Shown here in pieces: positions 31,794 to 40,705 of a stretch of DNA of 64,000 bases. Source of the DNA: Candidatus Cloacimonadota bacterium (lineage in GTDB: Bacteria > Cloacimonadota > Cloacimonadia > G963667145). The DNA lies in contig OY781092.1 in assembly GCA_963676615.1 (NCBI GenBank), forward strand, positions 1,408,001 to 1,472,000, written 5' to 3'. Numbering within the stretch: position 1 is the first letter of the stretch; each line of letters opens with the position of its first letter. Below the pieces are notes generated by a model. The model saw only the letters and a program-made list of their open reading frames with translations, ran no database searches and was not told the origin of the DNA. Position numbers and translations under genes: made by a program.

Positions 31794-31820
31794 GTAGCAA
31801 TCGCAGGGTTGCACTGCTAA
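31794..31820. promoter_or_regulatory. Degenerate CIRCE (HrcA operator)
   Basis: GTAGCAATC-N9-CACTGCTAA vs consensus TTAGCACTC-N9-GAGTGCTAA (7/9 each arm, exact 9-nt spacer), directly upstream of groES. Confidence 0.65.
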
Positions 31821-31842
31821 TAAAATTTAAGGAGAGTCAAAA

Positions 31843-32112
31843 ATGAAAATAAAACCTTTAGACAAAAGAGTTGTCATTGAGATGAGCCAAGCTGAAGAAA
31901 AGACTGTCGGAGGCATTATTTTGCCCGATTCAGCCAAAGAAAAACCGCAAACTGGGAAAATCGTAGCTGTCGGAAGTGACGCCGATTTGCAAAAACTGGT
32001 GAAAGTTGGAGACGAAATCCTTTACTCAAAATACGGCGGAACCGAGGTGAAACTCGACGGAAAAGAGTTTATGATCTTGTCGCAAGACGACATCTTGGCA
32101 GTTGTGGAATAA
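31843..32112 (+). CDS. groES: Co-chaperonin GroES
   Basis: MKIKPLDKRVVI...KTVGGIILPDSAKEKPQTGKIVAVG...KYGGTEVKLDG. Confidence 0.97.
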   Translation: MKIKPLDKRVVIEMSQAEEKTVGGIILPDSAKEKPQTGKIVAVGSDADLQKLVKVGDEILYSKYGGTEVKLDGKEFMILSQDDILAVVE

Positions 32113-32124
32113 GAAAATTTTGTA

Positions 32125-32166
32125 AAAAAATGCTTCCCACTTATAGATTAACGGGAAGCATTTTTT
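32125..32166. terminator. Bidirectional intrinsic terminator between groES and sdaA
   Basis: AAAAAATGCTTCCC...GGGAAGCATTTTTT. Confidence 0.85.
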
Positions 32167-32174
32167 GTTTCTAA

Positions 32175-33374
32175 CTAATCTTTAGCAAGTCCACCTAAAG
32201 AGGTTTCTTTGTAAATATTTGGCAAGTCGTGTCCCGTTTCGAGCATCACTCGCACCACCTTATCAAATCCTACAAAATGATTGCCGTCAGACAAAGACGC
32301 ATATGCGCTACAACTCAAAGCCCTAGCAGCCGCCAAAGCGTTGCGTTCTATGCAAGGAACTTGCACCAAACCTCGCACGGGATCACAAGTGAGGCCCAAA
32401 AAATGTTCCAAGCCCATTGTTGCGGCATATTCTATCTGATAAGGGGAACCTCCAAAAAGCTGACAAGCAGCCGCAGCCGCCATTGAACAAGCCACACCAA
32501 CTTCTCCTTGACATCCAACATCAGCCCCTGCTACAGAAGCGTTTTTCTTAACCAAAGCGGCTATCAATCCAGCCGTTGCCAAAGCTTTCACTATTCTAAC
32601 AGTCTCAAAGTCATACTTTTCCTGCAAACTATACAAAACAGCAGGCAAAACCCCCGCAGAGCCACAGGTAGGAGCAGTCACAACTATTCCTCCACCCGCG
32701 TTTTCTTCTGCCACTGCCAAAGCGTTAGCAAAAACTAGCCCATGCCTTTGCATTGAAAAAGCGTTGCCGTTCGATTTAATCTTATACGAACAAGCCTTTC
32801 TTTGGATATTCAAACCTCCCTGCAAAGTTCCCTCGGTCACAAGACCTTTTCGCACAGAAGCTTGCATAGCGTCCCAAACTTCTCCTAAATAAGCGGGCAA
32901 ATCGTCGTCTTCGTGTGCATAAACAAATTCCCAAAAACTATTAAACTCTCTTGCTTTAACCAAACCTAAAATGTCTTCCATCTTGTTCAAAGAGTAGCAA
33001 GATTTCTTCTCCACAACCTCGCCTTTATCCTCATCATAAACCACATCTCCGCCGCCAATGCTGTAGCAAAGAGACTGTTCAATCTCTTTACCTTGCGCAT
33101 CAAGAGCAACAAATTTCATTCCGTTGGGATGATATGGCAGAAATTCTTGCGCTTTCCACTCTATTTCAACATTGGAAGAGTTTAGACCTTGACAAATCGC
33201 ATGATCGGTCAAATGCCCTTTGCCGGTTGCAGCCAAAGACCCATACAAAGTAACTTTGTAAGAATGAGCTCCTTTAGTCTTAGCGGCGAACTCTTGAGCG
33301 GCAAACCTTGGACCCATAGTATGACTACTGGATGGCCCCATTCCTATCTTGTAGATATTTCTAATCGATTTCAT
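32175..33374 (-). CDS. sdaA: Fe-S-dependent L-serine dehydratase, single chain
   Basis: GMGPSSSHTMGP, LYGSLAATGKGH, VTAPTCGSAGV, GCQGEVG, GLTCDPVRGLVQVPCIERN. Confidence 0.93.
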   Translation of the reverse strand: MKSIRNIYKIGMGPSSSHTMGPRFAAQEFAAKTKGAHSYKVTLYGSLAATGKGHLTDHAICQGLNSSNVEIEWKAQEFLPYHPNGMKFVALDAQGKEIEQSLCYSIGGGDVVYDEDKGEVVEKKSCYSLNKMEDILGLVKAREFNSFWEFVYAHEDDDLPAYLGEVWDAMQASVRKGLVTEGTLQGGLNIQRKACSYKIKSNGNAFSMQRHGLVFANALAVAEENAGGGIVVTAPTCGSAGVLPAVLYSLQEKYDFETVRIVKALATAGLIAALVKKNASVAGADVGCQGEVGVACSMAAAAACQLFGGSPYQIEYAATMGLEHFLGLTCDPVRGLVQVPCIERNALAAARALSCSAYASLSDGNHFVGFDKVVRVMLETGHDLPNIYKETSLGGLAKD

Positions 33375-33378
33375 AATT

Positions 33379-35415
33379 TCACCTTATTTCACTCCCTTTA
33401 GTAATTTTTTTGTCAGGATACAGCACCGACAAATCCCCATTTGCACTTTCTGCTGCCAAAATCATTCCTTGCGACTCTAGCCCCATAATTTTTTTGGTCG
33501 GCAAATTCGCCAAAACAACCACCGATTTTCCCACAAGCTGCTCGGGAGCATAAAACTCCGAAATTCCCGACAAAATCTGCCGTTTTTCTCTGCCCAAATC
33601 TATCTCAAAACGCAAAAGTTTCTTCGATTTCGGCACAGGCTGGCAACTCAGCACTTTTCCCACACGCAAATCGATTTTGGCAAAATCTTCAAAAGAGATC
33701 GCCTTTTTGAACTCAGCCACTTCCACAACATTTTCGTCGGCAACCTGACCGCTTTTCATTAGCTTTTCCACCTGCTCTTGAATTTTTTCGTCCTCAATCC
33801 TCGGAAAAAGCGGCTCAATCTCACCAAATTTGTAACTTTTTTCTGCTTTTGCAACATCTTGCCAGACAAAATCGGCACTAACGCTCATCATTTTGCGCAA
33901 CCTCACGCAAGCTTTGGGCAAAATCGGCGCAAAAACGACGCTAAAAATCCGCAGCAACTCGCTGCACACATACAAAGATTGCTCGGCGGCAGCTTTGTCG
34001 GTCTTTATCACCTTCCACGGAGCGCTCTCGTCGAAAAATTTGTTGCCCAGGCGCGCGATATTCATTCCAAGCTCTGCGTTTTTTCGCAACTGATAACCGT
34101 AATAGCCGCTCTCCATCTGGCTGGCTATCGCAAGCGCCTCATCCAAAACGCTCTGAGCGTCGCTACTCAAAGCCGCAGGTCTGGCGATTTCGCCCGCAAA
34201 ATTTTTCTTGGCAAAACTGAAAACTCTGTTCGCCAAGTTTCCCAAAATATTCGCTAGCTCCCCGTTAACTTTCGCCTGAAAATCTTTCCAAACAAAGTCG
34301 GAATCTTTGTGCTCTGGCGCAATTCTGGCGATGTAGTATCGCAAAAGTTCGCCATCGAACTCCGCCAAAAAATCTCGGACCCAAATCGCCCAATTTTTGC
34401 TGGTGGAGAGTTTGTTTCCTTCCAAATTCAAAAATTCGTTGGCTGGAATATCGTGCGGCAAAATATAGTCCGCCTCTTGCCCCATCAGCATCGCTGGCCA
34501 AAAAATCGCGTGAAAAATGTTGTTGTCTTTGCCGATGAAATGAATCAGCTTCGTGTCGGGATTTTTCCAATAATCTCGCCAGCCGTCGGGATTGTCGGTC
34601 TTGGCAAAATACTCAATCGAGCTGGAGATGTAGCCTATCGGCGCGTCAAACCACACATAAAGCACTTTGCCCGCGGCGTTCGGAAGCGGCACAGGCACGC
34701 CCCAGTCGATGTCTCTGGTCACCGCTCTTTTTTTCAAACCTTCGTCAACTAAGCCCAAAATGAACCGCAAAATATTCTCTTTCCAATTTTGGCGACTCTC
34801 CAGCCAGTCTCGCAATCTCGGCACAAAAGCGGGCAAATCGAACATCCAATGTTTCGTCGAGCGAACCTCAGGCTCCGCACCGCAAATTTTGCACTTCGGG
34901 CTGATTAACCCCACGGAATCCATCAGCTTTCCGCAAGCATCACACTGGTCGCCTCGTGCTCCGTCGGCGCCGCAATACGGACAAACGCCTTCTACATAGC
35001 GGTCTGCCAAAAATCGCTTGCACGAGCCGCAATAATACTGCTCCGACTCTTGCGTCGAGATGTAGCCTTTTTCCAAAAGTTTGAGGAAAAACTCCTGCGA
35101 GAGCTTGCTGTGTGGCGCTCTGGCTGTCCCCGAAAAATTATCGAACTCGATGCCAAGTCCCGCAAAATCTTCCTCCATCCGCTCGTGATAAAAATCCACC
35201 ACCTGCTTTGGCGTCTTTCCCTGCGCTTCCGCCTTGATAGAGATGGGCGCGCCGTGTTCGTCCGACCCGCAAAAATAAAGGACATCCTCGCCTTTCAGCC
35301 GCAAAAATTTCACAAAAACATCGCCTGGCAAATACGCCCCGGCAATGTGTCCGATGTGCAAATCGCCGTTGGCATAGGGCAGCGCCGAAGTAACCAAAAA
35401 CTTACTTTTTCCCAT
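33379..35415 (-). CDS. metG: Methionyl-tRNA synthetase with C-terminal tRNA-binding domain
   Basis: ALPYANGDLHIGH, Zn-knuckle cysteines, YVWFDA, KLSTS, C-terminal Trbp111-like domain. Confidence 0.97.
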   Translation of the reverse strand: MGKSKFLVTSALPYANGDLHIGHIAGAYLPGDVFVKFLRLKGEDVLYFCGSDEHGAPISIKAEAQGKTPKQVVDFYHERMEEDFAGLGIEFDNFSGTARAPHSKLSQEFFLKLLEKGYISTQESEQYYCGSCKRFLADRYVEGVCPYCGADGARGDQCDACGKLMDSVGLISPKCKICGAEPEVRSTKHWMFDLPAFVPRLRDWLESRQNWKENILRFILGLVDEGLKKRAVTRDIDWGVPVPLPNAAGKVLYVWFDAPIGYISSSIEYFAKTDNPDGWRDYWKNPDTKLIHFIGKDNNIFHAIFWPAMLMGQEADYILPHDIPANEFLNLEGNKLSTSKNWAIWVRDFLAEFDGELLRYYIARIAPEHKDSDFVWKDFQAKVNGELANILGNLANRVFSFAKKNFAGEIARPAALSSDAQSVLDEALAIASQMESGYYGYQLRKNAELGMNIARLGNKFFDESAPWKVIKTDKAAAEQSLYVCSELLRIFSVVFAPILPKACVRLRKMMSVSADFVWQDVAKAEKSYKFGEIEPLFPRIEDEKIQEQVEKLMKSGQVADENVVEVAEFKKAISFEDFAKIDLRVGKVLSCQPVPKSKKLLRFEIDLGREKRQILSGISEFYAPEQLVGKSVVVLANLPTKKIMGLESQGMILAAESANGDLSVLYPDKKITKGSEIR

Positions 35416-35421
35416 CGTCTA

Positions 35422-35484
35422 TTTTCTCCTTAAAAAAACTTTTCCTCATACAAAAAACACGCTCGCCGCTAGTCAACAAATTTT
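35422..35484. repeat. 63-bp direct repeat, copy 1 (promoter-like + RBS upstream of metG)
   Basis: ttttctccttaaaaaaacttttcctcatacaaaaaacacgctcgccgctagtcaacaaatttt, identical to 36634-36696. Confidence 0.95.
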
Positions 35485-35629
35485 TATTCATTCAACTGTT
35501 TAATCTCGTTTACTACTTTATATTCTAAATCTTCAAGCTCGCTAAAGTGAGCTTTTTCGCATTTTATTTATCAAACTCAAAAACCCCTTCTTGCTGATAT
35601 CGCAGGTTAGATTCGAAGGTTAACCTTAT
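35484..35629 (-). pseudogene. Collapsed remnant resembling both termini of a type III restriction (Res) subunit gene
   Basis: Starts (I)RLTFESNLRYQQEGV overlapping the DUF1016 stop and ends IKCEKAHFSELEDLEYKVVNEIKQLNE*. The resemblance is from recall only, not a search. Confidence 0.5.
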
Positions 35630-36630
35630 ATTTTTTCTTCCAGTTTTTTAATTTCGATACGCTGTTTTGTCTCCAATAAAATTGAATGAAGTTTTTGCTC
35701 CAATTTCTTTTTTGGCGGCAGATCTGCCCAATATTCTGCTACCATTATACCGTCTTTGTGCATTTCCAAAAGCTCAACCTGCTCCCTGCTTGCCTCGGCA
35801 CAAAGAATTAAACCTATTGGCTGTTTTTCTCCTTCCTGCTTTTCGTAACGGTTTAACCACTTTAGGTAAAGCTCCATTTGCCCTTTGTGGCTTGCTTTAA
35901 ATTCGCCAAGTTTAAGCTCAATAGCTACAAGCCGCTTTAGCTTGCGGTGATAAAACAGTAAGTCCAGATAAAAATCTTTGCCGTCAAGAATTATCCTTTT
36001 TTGGCGTTCGACAAACGAAAAACCTGCGCCAAGCTCCAAAATAAAGGTTTCAAGCTGGCGAAGGATAGCGGATTCTATGTCTTTTTCCAGATAGCCCTCT
36101 TTTAGCTCCAAAAAATCAAGAAAATAGGGGTCTTTAAAAACACCTGTCGCATCGGTTAACTCTAAAGCGTTTTCAAACTGGAAATTTGCAATTTCTGAAC
36201 GCTCAAAAGCTTTGCGCTCAATTTGGTGGCGCAACTCTCGCTTGCTCCATAAAGATTCTATCGCTTTTTGTGCATAAAATTCTCGTGCTTTCGCATCTTT
36301 AATTGGCAAAAGAATCAAAAAATGAGACCAACTCAATTGTCGTGCCAACGGAACGACAATCTCAATATCGGGCAAAATCTCCGCAAACTGCATCATTCTG
36401 CGCAAGTTGCGAAGCTCAAAGCTCTTGCCAAATTTGTCCACCAACTGTGTCGAAACTTTAGCAACCACCTCTTTTCCATATTTTGCCCGTTTATTTTTAA
36501 GAATGTGTTCGTTTATGGTCTTTCCAACCTGCCAATATGTAAGCACAACGGCGCTATTTACCTGAACGGCAACCTGCTTTTTGCCCTGCTCAATTATTTG
36601 AACAAGGTTTGGCAATAACCGATTATCCAA
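35626..36630 (-). CDS. DUF1016 / YhcG PD-(D/E)XK nuclease-family protein
   Basis: YWQVGKTI, LSWSHF, WSKRELRHQI, KDPYFLDFL, LELGAGFSFVERQKRI, DLLFYHRKLKRLVAIELK, GQMELYL; TTG start after AAGGAG. Confidence 0.93.
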   Translation of the reverse strand: MDNRLLPNLVQIIEQGKKQVAVQVNSAVVLTYWQVGKTINEHILKNKRAKYGKEVVAKVSTQLVDKFGKSFELRNLRRMMQFAEILPDIEIVVPLARQLSWSHFLILLPIKDAKAREFYAQKAIESLWSKRELRHQIERKAFERSEIANFQFENALELTDATGVFKDPYFLDFLELKEGYLEKDIESAILRQLETFILELGAGFSFVERQKRIILDGKDFYLDLLFYHRKLKRLVAIELKLGEFKASHKGQMELYLKWLNRYEKQEGEKQPIGLILCAEASREQVELLEMHKDGIMVAEYWADLPPKKKLEQKLHSILLETKQRIEIKKLEEKI

Positions 36631-36633
36631 CTG

Positions 36634-36696
36634 TTTTCTCCTTAAAAAAACTTTTCCTCATACAAAAAACACGCTCGCCGCTAGTCAACAAATTTT
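36634..36696. repeat. 63-bp direct repeat, copy 2 (promoter-like + RBS upstream of DUF1016)
   Basis: Identical to 35422-35484; offset 1212 bp. Confidence 0.95.
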
Positions 36697-36718
36697 GGTC
36701 AAATCTTGCAAAGCTGGT

Positions 36719-38083
36719 TCATTTCACGGTCATTTTTTTCGCCAAAAGTTTGGGAAGCAAAAAGAGCAAAAAGCTCGCTATCACCGCAAACGAAAAGAGC
36801 TCCGAGAGCGGAATCGAATACCAAAGCCACGGCAATCCATACAGTTCGCCCAAAATCCACATCGCTGGCAGCATCACCACAATCTGGCGGATGAGCGACT
36901 CCACAAACGGCGGATAACCAACGCCAAAGCCCTGAAACGAGATGCTCCCGATGACACTCACACCAACCAGCGGAAAGCCCAAACTGGCTATCCGTAGCAC
37001 CGTTTTGCCGATTTCCAGCAGTTCTCCCTTTGCGCCAAACATCGCCAAAAGTAGCCCAGGAAACGCAAAAAACAGCACAAATCCAACCAAACAAAAACCC
37101 GTTCCCAAAACCAAGCCGTGCCGAATTGTGTTTTTTACTCGTGAAGTTTTTTGATGCCCAAAATTGTAGCCAACTATCGGCATCAGCCCTTGTCCAATGC
37201 CAATCACAGGCAACAAAATAAACAGATGCAGGCGAAAATAGATACCCAAAGCCGCAAGTGCGTCTAGCCCGAAATTGCCGACGATTTTGTTCGCTCCTGC
37301 CATCATCACACTGCCGAAAAGCTCAATCATTGCAATGGGTAGTCCGATTTTGAAAATCTCGAAAATCAGCCGATAGTCGAACGACAAATGAAAGCGCCTG
37401 ATTGCGATTTGATTGTTGCCAAAAAGCAGAACCAGCAGCACAAACAAGCTGGAGGCGATTCTAGCCAAGACCGTCGCCCAAGCCGCTCCGACCACGCCCA
37501 TCGCCCCTATTCCCCATCCGCCAAAAATGAACCAAGGGTCTAGCACAATATTGAGCAAGCCGCCCAAAATCATCGTCACCATCGGCGCCACAGCGTTGCC
37601 CTCTGCGCGCAAAATCCCGCAAAGCACCATCGGCGCATACACCACAATCGAGCCCGCCAGCACTATCCGCAAATAGCTTTCTCCCGCAACCAAAAGTGCA
37701 GGGTCGTCGCTAAAAATCGCTATCAAATCTTTGCTAAAATAAGTTCCCACAAGAGCCGAAAGCACGCCAAAAACAACGATAACGCCCAAAAGGTGCTCCG
37801 CCGCTTGATTGGCTCGGTCGAGTTTTCCCGCTCCTAACAGACGAGAAATCAACGAGTTGCCGCCGACTTCTATCCCCACAGCAAGCGCAATTATCACCAG
37901 CTGCACAGGAAAGCAAATCGTCAGCGCCGACAGAGCCACCGTCGAATAACGCGCCACAAACACACTGTCCACGACGCTATAAAGAGCCTGCACCGACAAA
38001 CCAATCACCGCAGGAATCGACAGCTTGACCAGCAAACTGAACTCTGGCGCAGTCCCCAACCGCTTCGTGCGTTCCTTTTGCAT
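36719..38083 (-). CDS. MATE family efflux transporter
   Basis: About 12 hydrophobic segments; LYSVVDSVFV, ILRAEGN, NIVLDPWFIFG, GQGLMPIVGYNFG. Confidence 0.92.
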   Translation of the reverse strand: MQKERTKRLGTAPEFSLLVKLSIPAVIGLSVQALYSVVDSVFVARYSTVALSALTICFPVQLVIIALAVGIEVGGNSLISRLLGAGKLDRANQAAEHLLGVIVVFGVLSALVGTYFSKDLIAIFSDDPALLVAGESYLRIVLAGSIVVYAPMVLCGILRAEGNAVAPMVTMILGGLLNIVLDPWFIFGGWGIGAMGVVGAAWATVLARIASSLFVLLVLLFGNNQIAIRRFHLSFDYRLIFEIFKIGLPIAMIELFGSVMMAGANKIVGNFGLDALAALGIYFRLHLFILLPVIGIGQGLMPIVGYNFGHQKTSRVKNTIRHGLVLGTGFCLVGFVLFFAFPGLLLAMFGAKGELLEIGKTVLRIASLGFPLVGVSVIGSISFQGFGVGYPPFVESLIRQIVVMLPAMWILGELYGLPWLWYSIPLSELFSFAVIASFLLFLLPKLLAKKMTVK

Positions 38084-38115
38084 CTCTTCTCCTTACAAAA
38101 AAACAGCCGCTATTT

Positions 38116-39471
38116 TCAGGCGAGCGCCCGCAATTTTTTGGGAACGATCAAAATTAAACAGCACACCATAAAAACGAACGACAAGAATGTCGAAATCGGA
38201 ATCGAATACCAGAGCATCTCCAGCCCGAATTTGTAGCTAAAAAACAGCATCAGCGGAAAAAGCACCAGCACCTGACGAATCAGCGTTGCCGCAAGCGACG
38301 GAAGCCCAAGTCCCATCGCCTGAAACACCATTCCCCCGAGCATCATTATCGCCACGAAAGGCATCCCATAGCTCGCCGCAGAAAACGCTCTAACGCCTAC
38401 TCGCATAAGCGTTTGTCCACCGCCAAACATCTCCAGCAGATAACTTGGGAAAAAATGCAGCCCAAAAAATCCCAGCAAGCAAATAAAAGTGCCCCAAAAA
38501 AACGAAATCTTTACAACTTTGATAATTCTTTTGGGATGTTTGTGTCCAAAATTGTAGCCCACAATCGGCATCAGCCCTTGTCCCAAGCCATACACAGGCA
38601 TCAGGATAAACGCCTGCAATCGATAAAAAATCCCCAAAACCGCCAGCGGCTCGGGTCCATAATAGCCCAAAATCTTGTTCGCTCCTGCCATCGTAATGCT
38701 GCCAAAAAGGTGCATCAGCGCAATCGGCGCGCCCACATAAAAAATGTCACGATAGATTTTCCAGTCGAAGCTAAAATAGCGAAGTTTCAGCGAAAGCTGA
38801 TTTTTGCCGAAAAAGAAAATCCCCAAAATAAACAGCGAGTTGATGATGCGGGAAATGACCGTCGCCAAAGCCGCCCCTTTCACACCCATCTCTGGGAAAA
38901 TCCCAATACCAAAAATCAAAAGCGGATCAAGGGCGATGTTCAAAAAAGCGCCGATAAACATCGTCAGCATTGGGATGAGCGTGTTGCCCTCCGCGCGCAA
39001 AACATTGTTTAGCACCATCGGCAAATAGACGAAAAACGAGCCAAAAAGAACGATGCGCAAATACTCCTGCGAGAGTTGCAAAAGCTGCGTATCGGAGACG
39101 AAAAGCCGCAAAATGAAGCCAGAGCCGAAGCCGCCCAAAATCGTGGTGAGCAAGCCGAAAAAAAATATCAGCGAAAAAGTGTGCAACGCCTGATTGTTCG
39201 CCATTTCGTTCTTTTTTTTGCCCAATGTGCGAGAAATCAGCGACGAGCTGCCAGAACCGATGCCGATGGCGACGACCATCACGATCATCTGAATCGGAAA
39301 ACACAAACTCAGCGCCGACAGCGCCAAATCCGAATAATGCCCCACGAAAATGCCGTCAACGATGTTGTAGGTCGCCTGCACCAGCATCCCCATCATCGCC
39401 GGCACAGACATCTTCATCAGCAGGCTAAACTCGGGCGCCGTCCCTAGGCGAGCGGTTTTTTCACTTTGCAA
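38116..39471 (-). CDS. MATE family efflux transporter (tandem paralog)
   Basis: YNIVDGIFVG, VLRAEGN, NIALDPLLIFG, GQGLMPIVGYNFG. Start set at TTG 39471 after AAGGAG. Confidence 0.92.
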   Translation of the reverse strand: MQSEKTARLGTAPEFSLLMKMSVPAMMGMLVQATYNIVDGIFVGHYSDLALSALSLCFPIQMIVMVVAIGIGSGSSSLISRTLGKKKNEMANNQALHTFSLIFFFGLLTTILGGFGSGFILRLFVSDTQLLQLSQEYLRIVLFGSFFVYLPMVLNNVLRAEGNTLIPMLTMFIGAFLNIALDPLLIFGIGIFPEMGVKGAALATVISRIINSLFILGIFFFGKNQLSLKLRYFSFDWKIYRDIFYVGAPIALMHLFGSITMAGANKILGYYGPEPLAVLGIFYRLQAFILMPVYGLGQGLMPIVGYNFGHKHPKRIIKVVKISFFWGTFICLLGFFGLHFFPSYLLEMFGGGQTLMRVGVRAFSAASYGMPFVAIMMLGGMVFQAMGLGLPSLAATLIRQVLVLFPLMLFFSYKFGLEMLWYSIPISTFLSFVFMVCCLILIVPKKLRALA

Positions 39472-39901
39472 GCCGCTCTCCTTTGTCCAAATTGGCGACA
39501 ATCCGCGCCAAAAAATCGAACAACTCCTCCCGCTCTTTTTCGCTAAAGCCCTCTAGCGCCTTGTTTTGCGAAGCTTCCAGCAAGTCGTCCAAAACGACCG
39601 CAAACTTTTTCGCCTTTTCCGTCGGCAAAAGCACGCTTTTTCGCTTATCGCTAGGGTCTTTTTTTTTCTGCAGATAGCCACTCTCACACAATTTGCTCAC
39701 CGCTCGGCTCACAGCCGCCTTGTCTATCAAGCGGTTACGGCAAAGTTCCTTGTGGCACTGCACCTGCTTACTCAACAAATATTTCAACAAAAAAAGCTGT
39801 CCGTGCCAAAGCCCATACGGCTTCAAAATCTCGTCCAAAAACTTCGCCTGCGCCCGATGAGCTCTGCCCAAACATTTGCCTAAATTTTTTTCATTTTCCA
39901 T
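39461..39901 (-). CDS. MarR family transcriptional regulator
   Basis: IDKAAVSRAVSKLCESGYL...DPSDKRKSVLLPTEKA; upstream of two MATEs. Confidence 0.9.
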   Translation of the reverse strand: MENEKNLGKCLGRAHRAQAKFLDEILKPYGLWHGQLFLLKYLLSKQVQCHKELCRNRLIDKAAVSRAVSKLCESGYLQKKKDPSDKRKSVLLPTEKAKKFAVVLDDLLEASQNKALEGFSEKEREELFDFLARIVANLDKGERLAK

Positions 39902-39926
39902 AAGGCAAACTTATTTTTAAACTTGA

Positions 39927-39938
39927 TTGACTTGTCAA
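39927..39938. promoter_or_regulatory. Candidate MarR operator TTGAC-TT-GTCAA overlapping the -35
   Basis: Palindrome 26-37 nt upstream of the marR ATG. Confidence 0.55.
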
Positions 39939-39961
39939 CAATGTTTTTTTTAAAAACAATC

Positions 39962-40684
39962 TTAATCGCGCTTATCCTTGATGTGCACGCCTTTGCCTTC
40001 CACATTTTTCAACTTGAAAAGTTCCGAAACTCGCACCAAATCGCTAAGTTTTTTGTAACCATAGTTGATCGGCGAAAACGAAGAGTTGTTGGAAATATAC
40101 TGTCCCACTGTGGCTAAATTCGCCCAGCCGTCGTCGTCACAAATCTGCTCCACCCCCGTCCGCAGCAGCCTCACCAGCTTCGTGTCCGACCTAAGTTGCT
40201 CTCTTGTATGCTTGTTAGGCGATTTGTCCTCCTGCTTTGTCTCCTCGCCGTCCTCGAGATTTTCAGTGTAAATAAACAGCGAGCAAGCGTTCACAAAAGG
40301 CTCGGGTGTTTTTTTTTCGCCAAAACCATAAACTGTGCAACCATCCGACAAAAGCCGCATCACCAAAGGCGTGAAGTCACTATCGCTGGTCATCAGCGCA
40401 AAACCGTCAACCCCTTTGGAATACAAAATATCCATCGCATCGATAATCATCGCCGCGTCCGTCGCATTCTTCCCTCTGGTATAATCGAACTGCTGCACCG
40501 GCATAATCGCCTGCGCGTGCAGCTGCTCTTCCCAGCTTTTCAACCGAGACGACTTCCAGTTGCCATACGCTCGCCGAATGTTCGTCACGCCATATTTCGC
40601 CAGCTCTTTCAGCACTCCATCAATCGATTTCGCACTCGCATTATCACAATCGATAAGCAGCGCTATATTTTTTTTGTTTTGCAT
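39962..40684 (-). CDS. NYN (LabA/DUF88) domain protein with C-terminal OST-HTH/LOTUS domain
   Basis: IALLIDCDN, RRAYGNW, GKNATDAAMIIDAMD, TSDSDFTPL; DDGWANLATVG...NYGYKKLSDL. Confidence 0.9.
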   Translation of the reverse strand: MQNKKNIALLIDCDNASAKSIDGVLKELAKYGVTNIRRAYGNWKSSRLKSWEEQLHAQAIMPVQQFDYTRGKNATDAAMIIDAMDILYSKGVDGFALMTSDSDFTPLVMRLLSDGCTVYGFGEKKTPEPFVNACSLFIYTENLEDGEETKQEDKSPNKHTREQLRSDTKLVRLLRTGVEQICDDDGWANLATVGQYISNNSSFSPINYGYKKLSDLVRVSELFKLKNVEGKGVHIKDKRD

Positions 40685-40705
40685 TTTTTTCTACTCCTTA
40701 AAAAT

